Shown one piece after another: positions 25,643 to 35,605 of a stretch of DNA of 64,000 nt. Made by a program: the position numbers and the translations under genes. Below the pieces are notes generated by a model. The model did not search any database. It worked only from the letters and a program-made list of their open reading frames with translations, and had not been told where the DNA came from. Each line of letters begins with the position of its first letter. Positions within the stretch are counted from its first letter, which is position 1. The stretch comes from an uncultured archaeon (GTDB lineage: Archaea; Aenigmatarchaeota; Aenigmatarchaeia; Aenigmatarchaeales; Aenigmatarchaeaceae): NCBI GenBank assembly GCA_964348065.1, contig CAYGBE010000214.1:2572-66571 (forward strand), written 5' to 3'.

Positions 25643-26040
25643 ATCATTTTACAAGAACCCTGAACACAAGCACATTTAGAGAAATCTTGCATTTCTATTT
25701 TCCAATCTGAATAACTCTCACAGTTTTCGCTATAACCCGACAATTGTGTTGTATTTACACAATCCTGCTCACTGCCTTCGCAATATGTTACAAAACATTC
25801 TGTATCTCTGTTACATCCTCCCTCTGAAATTAATTCTGTCTCAGTAGTTGTTGGTGTCTGTGTTTCTTGTGTTGTTTCAGGTCCTCCAACAACCTGAATA
25901 AAACCTGAATAGTAGACAATAAGAATTAAAATGATTATTAAAGCAAAGGTTCCTAAGAAAACTGTGTTTTTATTAGGTTTACTTTTTTCTAATTTTTTGA
26001 CTTCTTTTTTACTACTGATTTTTTTGTTTTTTCTAGCCAA
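25639..26040 (-). CDS. membrane-anchored Cys-rich protein with Thr-rich linker
   Basis: 133 aa. A basic N-terminus and one TM helix are followed by the linker TTQETQTPTTTETE and then 8 Cys in 55 aa. Confidence 0.4.
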   Translation of the reverse strand: MARKNKKISSKKEVKKLEKSKPNKNTVFLGTFALIIILILIVYYSGFIQVVGGPETTQETQTPTTTETELISEGGCNRDTECFVTYCEGSEQDCVNTTQLSGYSENCESYSDWKIEMQDFSKCACVQGSCKMI

Positions 26041-26180
26041 AACCTCACCTCTCTTATTTTATTATATAAGTTAGACTAAAATAATAAGTAACTAAAAATA
26101 AGACAACAATTCCTATAAAAATTAAAAACAAGTGCATGTTTTGTTCTTTATTGATTCTTTCAAATTTTTTTGCCACCAAA

Positions 26181-27725
26181 TCATCTCTCTAACATAAAAA
26201 CCTTTCTGCTTGGAATTTCAGCAAATATTTTTTCTAAAAGCATTTTTTCTTCAAATTTCTTGCCAACAACTATTGGTTTTAATTCTTCCGCAAGTTTAAC
26301 AGCATCACTTAATCTAATATAATTATTAGAATGGATGGTAAATAAAATATCACCCTTTTTGACATTATCTCCCATCTTTACTTTTAAATGAATTCCCGCG
26401 CCTTTATCTCTTGGTGCTCCTGCTTCCCTTGAAATAATAACTATAGCAGAATTCTTTATCCATAATACTCTTCCATCTATATCTGATTTTACTTTAAACA
26501 TCTTATCTCCAATTTTAATGTTTTCTGGTTTTATTTCAGGATCCCCGCCCTGAGCCTCAATAATTTTTCTCATCTTTTTTTCTGCTTTTCCAGATTTTAA
26601 AACTTGTAAAGCAGCTCCATGGTCTTTGGCACCCATTTCAACAAATAAAATATCAGCAAGCATTGTTGTTTTTTTTATTAGATCTTTTGGGCCCTTTCCT
26701 TGTAGTGTTAGTAATGCTTCTCTTGCTTCTAAAGCCGGACCAATAGAATAGCCCAAAGGTTGTTCACCAAATGTTATTCCACAAGCAACATGCATTCCTA
26801 ATCTTTTTCCTAGCTCAAGAAAATCATCAGCTAATTCGCGTGCCCTTTGCATACTTGTAATTTTTGTTTCTTTTCCACTTGGTATGTCTATTACAATATA
26901 TTTAGCACCAATTGATTTTTTCTTAGACATTATAGAAGGTAATAACATTGGATCAATTCCCAAAGGATATTCAATTTTAATAAATTCATCATCAGCGGGG
27001 GCTAAATCTAAAGCTCCGCCCCAAACTAAACATGCATCAGTTTTTTTAACAACTTCTTCAATTTCATCTAATGTTAAATCTACTGGAGCCAAAACCTCCA
27101 TTCTTTCTGCAGTTCCACAAGGAGAAGTTATTGCTTTAGAAGATGTTTTTGGAATTGTAAAACCTGATGCCGCAACTATTGGAACCAAAACTAAAGATGT
27201 TTTATCTCCAGGAATTCCACCAATAGAATGTTTGTCGCATATCACTTTTTTATTAAATTTAAATCTTTTTCCAGTCTCAACCATTGCTTTTGAAAAACTT
27301 GCTGCTTCATCTATTGAAATTCCCCTTGCATATAAAGCTGTTACAAATGCTGTTAATTCTATGTCAGATAGTTTTCTATCAACAACATCTCTAACGATTT
27401 TCTTAATTTTATTATATTCTAATCTTGCACCAGCAATTTTTTGTTTTACATAAATAATAGATTCAGGAACTTTTTCCTTAGAAACAACAATATGTTCTCC
27501 GCCCTTTAAATTAAAAAAAGTAGTAACATCATTATTAGTTATAATTTCACCTTTCATTGTAAATCTTGTTGTTATATCAACTATTGCTGTTAGTCTTTTG
27601 CCTTTGCATTTAAGATTCACTCTATCCAATGCATGCAAGCCTAAAAAGTCTGCGTCTTCTTTATTTAATATTACAATGTTTTTTCCCCCGACTTCTAAGT
27701 TAATTGTTCTTGCTACTAGCTTCAT
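26181..27725 (-). CDS. deoA: AMP phosphorylase (thymidine-phosphorylase family, archaeal long form)
   Basis: 514 aa. It has the extra N-terminal domain MKLVARTINLEVGGKNIVILNKEDA typical of archaeal AMP phosphorylases, followed by the glycosyltransferase family 3 core (DKHSIGGIPGDKTS). It sits in an operon with RuBisCO. Confidence 0.8.
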   Translation of the reverse strand: MKLVARTINLEVGGKNIVILNKEDADFLGLHALDRVNLKCKGKRLTAIVDITTRFTMKGEIITNNDVTTFFNLKGGEHIVVSKEKVPESIIYVKQKIAGARLEYNKIKKIVRDVVDRKLSDIELTAFVTALYARGISIDEAASFSKAMVETGKRFKFNKKVICDKHSIGGIPGDKTSLVLVPIVAASGFTIPKTSSKAITSPCGTAERMEVLAPVDLTLDEIEEVVKKTDACLVWGGALDLAPADDEFIKIEYPLGIDPMLLPSIMSKKKSIGAKYIVIDIPSGKETKITSMQRARELADDFLELGKRLGMHVACGITFGEQPLGYSIGPALEAREALLTLQGKGPKDLIKKTTMLADILFVEMGAKDHGAALQVLKSGKAEKKMRKIIEAQGGDPEIKPENIKIGDKMFKVKSDIDGRVLWIKNSAIVIISREAGAPRDKGAGIHLKVKMGDNVKKGDILFTIHSNNYIRLSDAVKLAEELKPIVVGKKFEEKMLLEKIFAEIPSRKVFMLER

Positions 27726-27789
27726 GTATTCACTTTAGTATATTATTTAATTTTAATTATTATAGTTTTAGAAAATAAAGTTAATTGTC

Positions 27790-28185
27790 TTAGATAGTCG
27801 GACAGGTTTGTTTTTCTGTTACTTCATTGCAAACAGATTTTAAGTTAGAGCAGTCTAAGCCTGTGTTATGGTATTTATTTTGCAAATTGCAAAGACCCCC
27901 AAGATACCATTCCATTTGAGATAAACTTATATCAGCATCACTGTCACAATCATAGTTTCCCCAGTAAACACAGTTTTCAATCATAACATCTTTTAAAGAA
28001 GCGCATTTATAATTTGGTCTACCAACTTCACACTCTCCTTTAGGTATGTACGCTGGAATACTGATAAGAACCAAAAATATTATTAGTGCTATTATTGATA
28101 TCATATCCCATTTTGTTAATTTCAATTTAAATGGGAATTTCCTTGGTTTAGGTTCAGGCTTCTCTTCTTTATGTTCTTCTTCCAT
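27790..28185 (-). CDS. membrane-anchored Cys-rich protein
   Basis: About 131 aa from the ATG at 28185. The track start at 28215 is a TTG inside rbcL. An acidic and basic N-terminus and one TM helix are followed by an ectodomain with 10 Cys. Confidence 0.4.
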   Translation of the reverse strand: MEEEHKEEKPEPKPRKFPFKLKLTKWDMISIIALIIFLVLISIPAYIPKGECEVGRPNYKCASLKDVMIENCVYWGNYDCDSDADISLSQMEWYLGGLCNLQNKYHNTGLDCSNLKSVCNEVTEKQTCPTI

Positions 28186-28192
28186 ATTAACA

Positions 28193-29449
28193 CTATAACC
28201 ATTGTTGTAATGCAACTTTTAATTCTTTATGCTTCTTTGAATATTCTTTAAGAGAAATATTATTTAAAGCTGCATCAACTGCTTGTCTCATAGCTTTTGC
28301 TCCGGCTTTTGTTCCCTTTCTATGACCATGAATCCCGCCACCAGCTTGAATTATTATATCATTTCCCAAGTTTTTTACTAGATAAGGAACCAAACCGGGA
28401 TGTAATCCACCTGAGCAAACAGCAAATATTGGTTTTATATGAAGCCAATCTTCTGCAAGAAAATGACCGTGCTCCCTTATAACTCTTTTTTCGATTTCTT
28501 CTTCTGTTGTAAGAATTTCATCTTTTACTCCTTCCATTTTACCAATAATTGTTCCTATATGTAATTGATCTAAACCTATTAATCTTGAAATATCTCCAAT
28601 AACAACCATTGATATGCCATGTTTTTTATTTCTTGTAAAAGTTGCATGGCCACTTCTATGAGCATGCAAAACTAGTTTCAAATAATCATTAACATCTCTT
28701 AATGTTTGTAAACCAGCCCATCCAACAGTGATTATATCAACCATTGAATACCTTCCATTTTGTTCTTTTACAAACTCAGCTCTTGAAAGCATTTCATTGG
28801 TTTCAGCAGTTACATTTGGCATGTAAACCTTTCTCTCACCTGTTTCTCTTTCAGCTTTATTTCTCATTTTCAACGTTTCTACAACTCTTTTTTCAAATTT
28901 GTTAAATCCCAAATTAGAAAGATTCTCATCGTCTTTAACAATATCAACTCCGCCAACCCAAGCCTCATATGCAACCTTAGCATGTTCCTTTTCTTTTAAT
29001 CCTAATTTTGGTTTAATGATTGTTCCACACAAAGGTCTTTTTGGAATTTTTAATATTTTTCTTATACCTTTGATTCCAAAAAGTGGTCCTTTAAATGATT
29101 TTATAATTTTATCAGGCCAATTAATGTCTTCTAGTCTTAAGTTAACAACAGACTTCATACCAAAAATATTTCCTGCAATGCTGCTTAGAATTTGTGGCAT
29201 ATTTGCCGGTTCAAACAAATCTGAAGGATAAGCAATTTTTACGTAATTTCCTTTTATCTCAAAAACCTTTGCTCCTAATTTTTTAATTCTTGGTTTCATT
29301 GTTTTAACGGTAGTCCAAGTCCCAACACTACTTTCTCCTGCCACAATTTCTGCTGCTTTTTTAATAGAAACTCCTTTTTTAGGTTCAACTCTAAACAAAC
29401 AAATTAAATCATTTTTATTTGGCCTATATTTTAAATCAATATAACTCAT
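28193..29449 (-). CDS. rbcL: RuBisCO large subunit, form III type
   Basis: 418 aa. GGVDIVKDDENL (carbamylated Lys motif), HAHRSGHATF and GGGIHGH. There is no small-subunit gene, and the AMP phosphorylase and R15P isomerase genes are neighbours. Confidence 0.9.
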   Translation of the reverse strand: MSYIDLKYRPNKNDLICLFRVEPKKGVSIKKAAEIVAGESSVGTWTTVKTMKPRIKKLGAKVFEIKGNYVKIAYPSDLFEPANMPQILSSIAGNIFGMKSVVNLRLEDINWPDKIIKSFKGPLFGIKGIRKILKIPKRPLCGTIIKPKLGLKEKEHAKVAYEAWVGGVDIVKDDENLSNLGFNKFEKRVVETLKMRNKAERETGERKVYMPNVTAETNEMLSRAEFVKEQNGRYSMVDIITVGWAGLQTLRDVNDYLKLVLHAHRSGHATFTRNKKHGISMVVIGDISRLIGLDQLHIGTIIGKMEGVKDEILTTEEEIEKRVIREHGHFLAEDWLHIKPIFAVCSGGLHPGLVPYLVKNLGNDIIIQAGGGIHGHRKGTKAGAKAMRQAVDAALNNISLKEYSKKHKELKVALQQWL

Positions 29450-29709
29450 TTTTTAACCTTTGCCACCCTATATGCATCAAGACTAATATAGATGCTTACT
29501 ATCAAAGACCAAACAATTATCCAATAAACTCCAGCAAAAACAAATAAGCCCGCCACATATGTGTACCAAAGTGCAAATATCCAAACCATAAAATAGGATG
29601 CAATCAAATAAAAGGCTTCTTCAGTTCTCTTTTCAAGATACAAATATCCTATTCCCCAAAAAAAGAAATTTGTAATTGCCGCGAATGCTGGACTTTTTCT
29701 GGCTTTCAT
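29446..29709 (-). CDS. small membrane protein (3 TM)
   Basis: 87 aa and hydrophobic. A 4-nt ATGA-type overlap with the rbcL start implies co-translation. Confidence 0.4.
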   Translation of the reverse strand: MKARKSPAFAAITNFFFWGIGYLYLEKRTEEAFYLIASYFMVWIFALWYTYVAGLFVFAGVYWIIVWSLIVSIYISLDAYRVAKVKK

Positions 29710-29713
29710 TTTA

Positions 29714-30460
29714 TCACCCCAAATTCTCCTCTTTTATAAATATTGTTTTTATACAAAAATTATTTTCTATTAATTTACCTAAATTTATCATTCCTAAAGA
29801 CTCTGTTGAATAATGAGTAGCAGATATGTAGTTCAAGTTGTTTTCTTTAGCAAAAATATTTCCGAACATACCATCTTCCCCAGTTATATAAGTATCACAG
29901 CCTTTATCTAAAACAGATTGGATAAAGTTTATTCTATAAGCACCCCCTGTTACTATTCCTATCTTTTTGAATTTTTTATTAAATCTAAAAACTTTAGGCT
30001 TAATTTTTAATGTTTTCTTTATTCTTCTAATCAATTCATTAAAACTAAAATTTGCAAAACCATAAACCCCAGTATAATCAACATCTCCCCTTTCTTTTAG
30101 AAATCTGCCTTTAATTTTTATTCCAAGTTCTTTTGCTAAAATAAAAGCCATTCCAATGTCTTTTGCTTGATCTAAAGACTCATGAACTACGTACAAATTA
30201 ATTTTATTTTTTCTTAAAAGAGAAAGTTTTTTCTTATAATAAGGCATCCACTTCCAAGCAGCATGATGAGTTATTAAAAAATCTATATTATTTTTTATTG
30301 CCTTTTCTATAGATTCTTTAGAAACATTTACAGCTATACCAATTTTTTTAATATTGTTTTTTCCTCTAATTATTAGACCATTAGATTCTTTCCATTTTCT
30401 TTTAAACTTTTTTATCTTCAAAGTCTTATCAAGATATTTTACCAATTCGTTTCTCTTCAT
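29714..30460 (-). CDS. NIF3-family dinuclear-metal protein
   Basis: 248 aa. FLITHHA and the C-terminal SATHYSTE motifs are typical of NIF3/YbgI. Confidence 0.6.
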   Translation of the reverse strand: MKRNELVKYLDKTLKIKKFKRKWKESNGLIIRGKNNIKKIGIAVNVSKESIEKAIKNNIDFLITHHAAWKWMPYYKKKLSLLRKNKINLYVVHESLDQAKDIGMAFILAKELGIKIKGRFLKERGDVDYTGVYGFANFSFNELIRRIKKTLKIKPKVFRFNKKFKKIGIVTGGAYRINFIQSVLDKGCDTYITGEDGMFGNIFAKENNLNYISATHYSTESLGMINLGKLIENNFCIKTIFIKEENLG

Positions 30461-31278
30461 TTTAACATCTTCTTAACATTCCCAGGAGTTAGTATTCCTT
30501 TTTCTGTCACAACTCTTTTAACATATTTCCATGGAGTTATATCAAAAGCAGGATTCTTAACTTCTAATGTTTTCAAATGTTCTACATAAATCTCATGAGG
30601 ATCTCTTTGCTCAATAATCAATTTTTTTCTTTTGTCTATTTTTAGAGTATTACCAACTACATAAAATGGTTTTTTATGTTCCTTGGCAACCACAGCCATT
30701 GTATATGTTCCGATCTTATTGACAATACCCTCTTTTCTAATTGCATCTGAACCAACTATAACAATATCTACATCTTTAATAAAGAATTCAGTGGCATCAT
30801 CAATTATTAAAATAACATGAATGCCTAACTTACTTAATTCTTTTGCTGTTTTTATTCCTTGTTCTTTGGGTCTGGTTTCAGTTGCATAAACAGTAATTTT
30901 CTTACCTTCTTTCCAAGCTTGTTTTATAATAGCACAAGCTTCTCCAGAATGGCAATGAGTCATTATTACATAATTATTCTTTATTAATCTACTTCCTCTT
31001 TTTGAAATTTCTTTAGTTGCTTGATTTAATTTTCTTAACAATTTGTTTATTGTTTTTATTTTTTTCTCTTTTTTAATAATCTCTAAACAATTATGCAAAA
31101 CAACTGCTGTTGGTCTTGCTTTTTCAATTTTTTTTGCAGCTTGATTAAACTCCTTCCCAAAACCTTTTTCTTTTGCAAGCTTTCTTAAGAACTTTAAGCT
31201 ATGAATCGCAATCTCTTTAGCTCCTTGAATTTCTAGACTCTTAAGCTTCTTTAAAAGGTCTTTTAGGCTTTCATGCAT
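30457..31278 (-). CDS. e2b2: ribose-1,5-bisphosphate isomerase (eIF-2B alpha/beta/delta-like family)
   Basis: 273 aa. eIF-2B-like fold motifs (IMTHCHSG, VYATETRP, VGSDAI, NKIGTY). First gene of the RuBisCO operon. Confidence 0.65.
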   Translation of the reverse strand: MHESLKDLLKKLKSLEIQGAKEIAIHSLKFLRKLAKEKGFGKEFNQAAKKIEKARPTAVVLHNCLEIIKKEKKIKTINKLLRKLNQATKEISKRGSRLIKNNYVIMTHCHSGEACAIIKQAWKEGKKITVYATETRPKEQGIKTAKELSKLGIHVILIIDDATEFFIKDVDIVIVGSDAIRKEGIVNKIGTYTMAVVAKEHKKPFYVVGNTLKIDKRKKLIIEQRDPHEIYVEHLKTLEVKNPAFDITPWKYVKRVVTEKGILTPGNVKKMLK

Positions 31279-31311
31279 AGATTGATTATATAAAAATTAC
31301 AAAATAAATAT

Positions 31312-31959
31312 ATGGATTTTGAAGCAGAAAATGAGAGATTAATAAAACACATAAAGAGTATAGGATATTTGAGATCAAAAGAGATTGAAGAGGCTTTAAG
31401 AAAAATTCCTAGACATTTGTTTGTTCCAGAAAAAATAAGATATATGGCTTATAGAGACACTCCGTTATCTATTGGTCATAATCAAACCGTTTCTCAACCA
31501 TCAACAGTTGTTGCAATGACAGAAGCTTTAGATGTGAAAAAAGGTCAGAAAATATTGGAAATAGGAACTGGTTCTGGTTGGCAATGTTCAATATTATCTT
31601 ATTTGGTTGGAGAAAAAGGTTTTATATACAGTATCGAGGTTATTAAAGAACTTGCAGAATATGCTAAGAAAAATATTAAAAAAATTGGAATAAAAAATGT
31701 TGAAGTTATTTTAAAAGATGGTTCCTTAGGATTAAAGGAAAAGGCACCCTTTGATAGAATAATTGTTACTGCTGCTGCCCCAGATATTCCAAGTCCTTAT
31801 TTAGATCAATTGAAAATTGATGGAATAATGGTAATTCCTGCTGGAAATTTATACTTACAAAAAATGTATGTAATTAAAAAATTGAAAAAAGGTATTGAAA
31901 AAGAATGTATTGGAAACTTCATGTTTGTTCCTTTAGTTGGAAAATATGGATTTAAGTAA
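31312..31959 (+). CDS. pcm: protein-L-isoaspartate O-methyltransferase
   Basis: 215 aa. TVSQPSTVVAMTEAL, the SAM motif ILEIGTGSGW and DRIIVTAAAP. Confidence 0.85.
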   Translation: MDFEAENERLIKHIKSIGYLRSKEIEEALRKIPRHLFVPEKIRYMAYRDTPLSIGHNQTVSQPSTVVAMTEALDVKKGQKILEIGTGSGWQCSILSYLVGEKGFIYSIEVIKELAEYAKKNIKKIGIKNVEVILKDGSLGLKEKAPFDRIIVTAAAPDIPSPYLDQLKIDGIMVIPAGNLYLQKMYVIKKLKKGIEKECIGNFMFVPLVGKYGFK

Positions 31960-33085
31960 ATTTCTCTAATAAAATTACACTCTCTCTAATTTTTCCAACT
32001 TTTATTGTTCTAGCCCTAGTACACCAAGAATTTCTTGCAATCAAAATATTTTTTACTTTAAATCCTATTATTTCAGCAAGTTCAGCAATTATTCTATCGG
32101 CCTCAACAACTCTATCATGATAGCAACCCCCACCAATAACTATTGCTAATTTAGCATTATCTTTACAAACTCTATAAATTTCATTTAAAGCTAAATTTAT
32201 ATCCTTAAAATATGCTTTTGCAGATAAAGGAAGATTCTCATCTAAACCCAAATCACTCACATCAATATCTTCAACTCTAGAACCAATGTAAGATCTTAAT
32301 TCGGTTTCTGGAAAGTCAAAAAACAAAGAAGTTTCTATATTATAAATTTTAGTATATTCTATCTTGTTCAAATAGGGTGGAGATGTTATAACAGCATCTA
32401 TTGAATTGTCTTCTAAATTCAATTTCCTTGAATCACCAACTTCAACAGAAACAGAAGCTTTCATATCAGAATTTTTCAAATCCTTAAACATTTTTTTAAT
32501 TTTATATTTAAAAAATTTTTTCAAAGGCGGTTTTCCTTTTTTATCTATTCTTATCATTGCGCCATCTTTAATAGTCCAACTGGCTTTTATAGCAGAATCT
32601 ATTAAAGCTAATAAAAGAAAATCCCTTGCTTTTTTATCTTTTATTTCTAGAATCTTATTTTTATAAAAAATAACATCTTCTAATGTATATTTAGAAAAAA
32701 CTTTTCTTATGAATTTTTCTTTTGGTAATTTTTTAGGTCTATCAAATTTCCATTTAATTGCTTCAGAAATTGATTCTTTCAGCTTATCTAAATCATAATT
32801 TCTTGTCTTAACCTTTGAAACAAAAACAAAAAATGGGGAAACATCAAACCCAATTGATTTAATCTCTTTTTGTTTACAAGCTAGCAAAGTAGTTCCTACA
32901 CCACAGAAAGGATCTAACACCACAGAATTTTTATCTAATTTAAATTGATCAATAAAAATATCAACTAATTGTTTAGAAAATCCTTCTTTAAAATAATACC
33001 AATTATGAATTGGTTCTTTTTTGTTTGGAATAAATGTTACTAATTTTTTAAATTCTAATGCTTTAGAAAATTTCACTTTAACCAA
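31952..33085 (-). CDS. DNA methyltransferase (N6-adenine or N4-cytosine class), no partner endonuclease seen
   Basis: 377 aa. SAM motif VLDPFCGVGTTLLA near residue 57 and catalytic motif VITSPPY near residue 235. An RNA methyltransferase cannot be excluded. Confidence 0.55.
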   Translation of the reverse strand: MVKVKFSKALEFKKLVTFIPNKKEPIHNWYYFKEGFSKQLVDIFIDQFKLDKNSVVLDPFCGVGTTLLACKQKEIKSIGFDVSPFFVFVSKVKTRNYDLDKLKESISEAIKWKFDRPKKLPKEKFIRKVFSKYTLEDVIFYKNKILEIKDKKARDFLLLALIDSAIKASWTIKDGAMIRIDKKGKPPLKKFFKYKIKKMFKDLKNSDMKASVSVEVGDSRKLNLEDNSIDAVITSPPYLNKIEYTKIYNIETSLFFDFPETELRSYIGSRVEDIDVSDLGLDENLPLSAKAYFKDINLALNEIYRVCKDNAKLAIVIGGGCYHDRVVEADRIIAELAEIIGFKVKNILIARNSWCTRARTIKVGKIRESVILLEKFT

Positions 33086-34083
33086 CTTCCAAGAGAAGTT
33101 TGTTTAGCTTCTGTTAAGTTTTTAATAGCTTTTTCAATTCTATCCTGAGAAAATTCATGCTCTTCCACTAACATTTTAAAAATTTTATCAGGTTCTACTT
33201 GTTTGAACTCGATGTCAACATCTTCAACAGGAGGATTTAAGAAAAATTCGAAAATACTCTCAGCAGGAACATTATGATTCCATTCAATTTTTTTCAAAAC
33301 GTTTTTTAATGTTTTTTGTTTTTTAACTAAATCCAAAGCCCTTTTAGGTCCATATCCTTTTATTCCTGGATTATAATCTGTGCCAACTAAAATACCAATC
33401 ATGATTAATTGTTTTCTATTTATTCCCAATTCTTTTAAAACATTTTTCAATTCTATTAATTCGGGTTTAACTTCAATATAAACATCTTGTCTAGGTAATT
33501 TTCTTCTACCAGTTATTGATAAATTTCTAATTAATCTTGGTGAATTAAAAAGTAGGCTATCGCCATCCTGGCTTGCAACAGAATAGACTTGGTTTTTTTC
33601 GCACAAGTAAGAACATTGGGCCTCTCCTTCAGAAGGAGCTTGAACCACTGCTATTCCCATGTATTCTAACAATTTTTTAGATTGTTCTATCATATCTTCT
33701 GTTAAAAAAGAGGTTGCTTGGGCTGCTTTTCTAGCTTCTCTTAAATCTCCTTTTGCTAGGGCTTCTTTCCATTTTTTATATGCTTCTTCTTTCAGATTTC
33801 TTCTTTCTTCTGTTGTATACTCTTTAAATCCTGGTGGCTTGCCATCAAAAACCCAAACTAATTTTATATTTTTTTCAAGCAATTTTGCTGATCTATAGAA
33901 GATACCAGACAAATGACTTGTAATTCTTCCTTTAGAATCTTTTAATGGTGTTCCATCTGGTTGACGAATAATAGATAAAAATTGGTGTAACCATAGAAAT
34001 GCATCTACACCTATTATTTTTCCTGACAGGTCTATTATTTCTATTTCCTTTTTTGGAAGTATTTTAGAAATCTGAACTCCCAT
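33073..34083 (-). CDS. fen: flap endonuclease 1
   Basis: 336 aa. MGVQISKILP...GVDAFLWLHQFL, the XPG-N and XPG-I acidic clusters (SEGEAQCSYL, SQDGDSLLF) and a C-terminal PIP-like SLGSWL. Confidence 0.9.
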   Translation of the reverse strand: MGVQISKILPKKEIEIIDLSGKIIGVDAFLWLHQFLSIIRQPDGTPLKDSKGRITSHLSGIFYRSAKLLEKNIKLVWVFDGKPPGFKEYTTEERRNLKEEAYKKWKEALAKGDLREARKAAQATSFLTEDMIEQSKKLLEYMGIAVVQAPSEGEAQCSYLCEKNQVYSVASQDGDSLLFNSPRLIRNLSITGRRKLPRQDVYIEVKPELIELKNVLKELGINRKQLIMIGILVGTDYNPGIKGYGPKRALDLVKKQKTLKNVLKKIEWNHNVPAESIFEFFLNPPVEDVDIEFKQVEPDKIFKMLVEEHEFSQDRIEKAIKNLTEAKQTSLGSWLK

Positions 34084-34111
34084 AAATATCTAATATAAGT
34101 TATAAAATAAA

Positions 34112-35575
34112 TCATTTAGCAATTATCTTTAACCACTCTTTTTTGTTGAATATACAACCAGGATCACTTTGAGTAATATCATTATAATATCCAAGAGCCC
34201 TTGCTCTACATCCACCACAAATATTTCTGTACTTACAAGTGCCACATAAACCTTTAAAACCTTCTCTATCTCTTATTTGATGAAATACTGTTGAATTATG
34301 CCAAACGTCTAACAAATCGTCTTTTTTTATGTTTCCAACTTTTATTGGGATAAAAACACAAGGAGTTATATCACCATTATAATCTAAGGCGCAATAAAGT
34401 CTTCCAGTACCACAACCACCAACAAATTCTCCTAAAAATTTAACTGAATCTTTAAATTCTCTCATCTGACTTACTGTATCAAAATGGGTTAAGGATAAAG
34501 CAGAAAAATGAGAACAGACCCTTCCATATTGTGGGGCTGTACTTAAAAGCGATATCTTTCTCTTTCCAATTTGTTTTGCCATCATATTAAGAAGTTTTTC
34601 TCTTTGATCAGGAGTTATATCAAATTTAGCTATTTCTGTTCCTCTTCCCACTGGTATAAAATTATAATGCATAAAGATTTCTGCTCCTAATTTTTCTGAT
34701 AGGTCAATAATTTTAGGTATCTCTTCATAGTTAAATTTAGTTACAGTAGTTGATATTCCAACACAAAGCCCAGCATCCACAGCATTTCTTATACCATTTA
34801 TTGTTTTTTTGAAAACCTTTACTCCCCTGAATTTGTTATGAGTTGAGGCTTTGGCACCATCTAAAGAAACTTGAACAAATGAACAATCTAAGTTCTTTAA
34901 TCTTTTGGCTGTTTTCTTATTTAACAAAGTTGCATTAGTTGCTATTGAAAGTGCCATTTCATTTTTTCTAATTCTTTCAGCAATATCCCAAATATCTTTT
35001 CTCATTAAAGGTTCTCCACCAGACAATGCAATATAAGCTAATCCAGCTTTAGCCATTTTATCAACTGCCCTTAAGGCTTCTCTTCTATTTAATTCGTCTG
35101 AAGGTGGAAAACCAGCACTTTCATAACAATGTTTGCAATGTAAATTACAGACCTTTGTAACATTCCAAACTATTAAAAACGGCGAATTGGAAGTAAATGG
35201 TTTTTTTGGACCAAATTTTGCTATACCTTCTAAAACTGATGACAAACCTTTTCTCCACATCGGGTTTCTCAAATTGGTTTCAATATCATCTCTAGGAAGA
35301 TCTATACTATTTATTACATGATCCAAAACAGTTTTTATTATAAAATAAGAAATCTTACATTTAGAACACATCCTAACCCTATAACCAACATATTTTTTCA
35401 AACAAAGATCAATTCTTCTTCCACAGCTATCGCATCTATTTGTGCAAAAGTTTAGAATTCTTCTGATTAGTGGATTTCCTAAAACAATTTCTACAAATTG
35501 AGCCATATTTTCTGCTAAGTCTTTTGGTTTTGTTTGGCTTTTATGATTGAGAGCTAAATCAACCATAAAAAACAC
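34112..35575 (-). CDS. radical SAM enzyme with C-terminal SPASM domain and Cys-rich N-terminal extension
   Basis: 487 aa. CNLHCKHCY is the CxxxCxxC cluster. The C-terminal CGTGRLYCALDYNGDITPC...CGTCKYRNICGGCRARA is SPASM/twitch-like. The N-terminal about 120 aa carry CDSC...CSKC. Confidence 0.7.
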   Translation of the reverse strand: MFFMVDLALNHKSQTKPKDLAENMAQFVEIVLGNPLIRRILNFCTNRCDSCGRRIDLCLKKYVGYRVRMCSKCKISYFIIKTVLDHVINSIDLPRDDIETNLRNPMWRKGLSSVLEGIAKFGPKKPFTSNSPFLIVWNVTKVCNLHCKHCYESAGFPPSDELNRREALRAVDKMAKAGLAYIALSGGEPLMRKDIWDIAERIRKNEMALSIATNATLLNKKTAKRLKNLDCSFVQVSLDGAKASTHNKFRGVKVFKKTINGIRNAVDAGLCVGISTTVTKFNYEEIPKIIDLSEKLGAEIFMHYNFIPVGRGTEIAKFDITPDQREKLLNMMAKQIGKRKISLLSTAPQYGRVCSHFSALSLTHFDTVSQMREFKDSVKFLGEFVGGCGTGRLYCALDYNGDITPCVFIPIKVGNIKKDDLLDVWHNSTVFHQIRDREGFKGLCGTCKYRNICGGCRARALGYYNDITQSDPGCIFNKKEWLKIIAK

Positions 35576-35605
35576 TACTTTTTAGAATTTTAAATATCTT
35601 TTCGT

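Noticed and set aside
26060-26140. 27-codon hydrophobic minus-strand ORF (MHLFLIFIGIVVLFLVTYYFSLTYIIK) between the AMP phosphorylase and Cys-rich protein genes
   Set aside because: It is too short, has no convincing RBS and nothing supports conservation. It is not reported as a feature.
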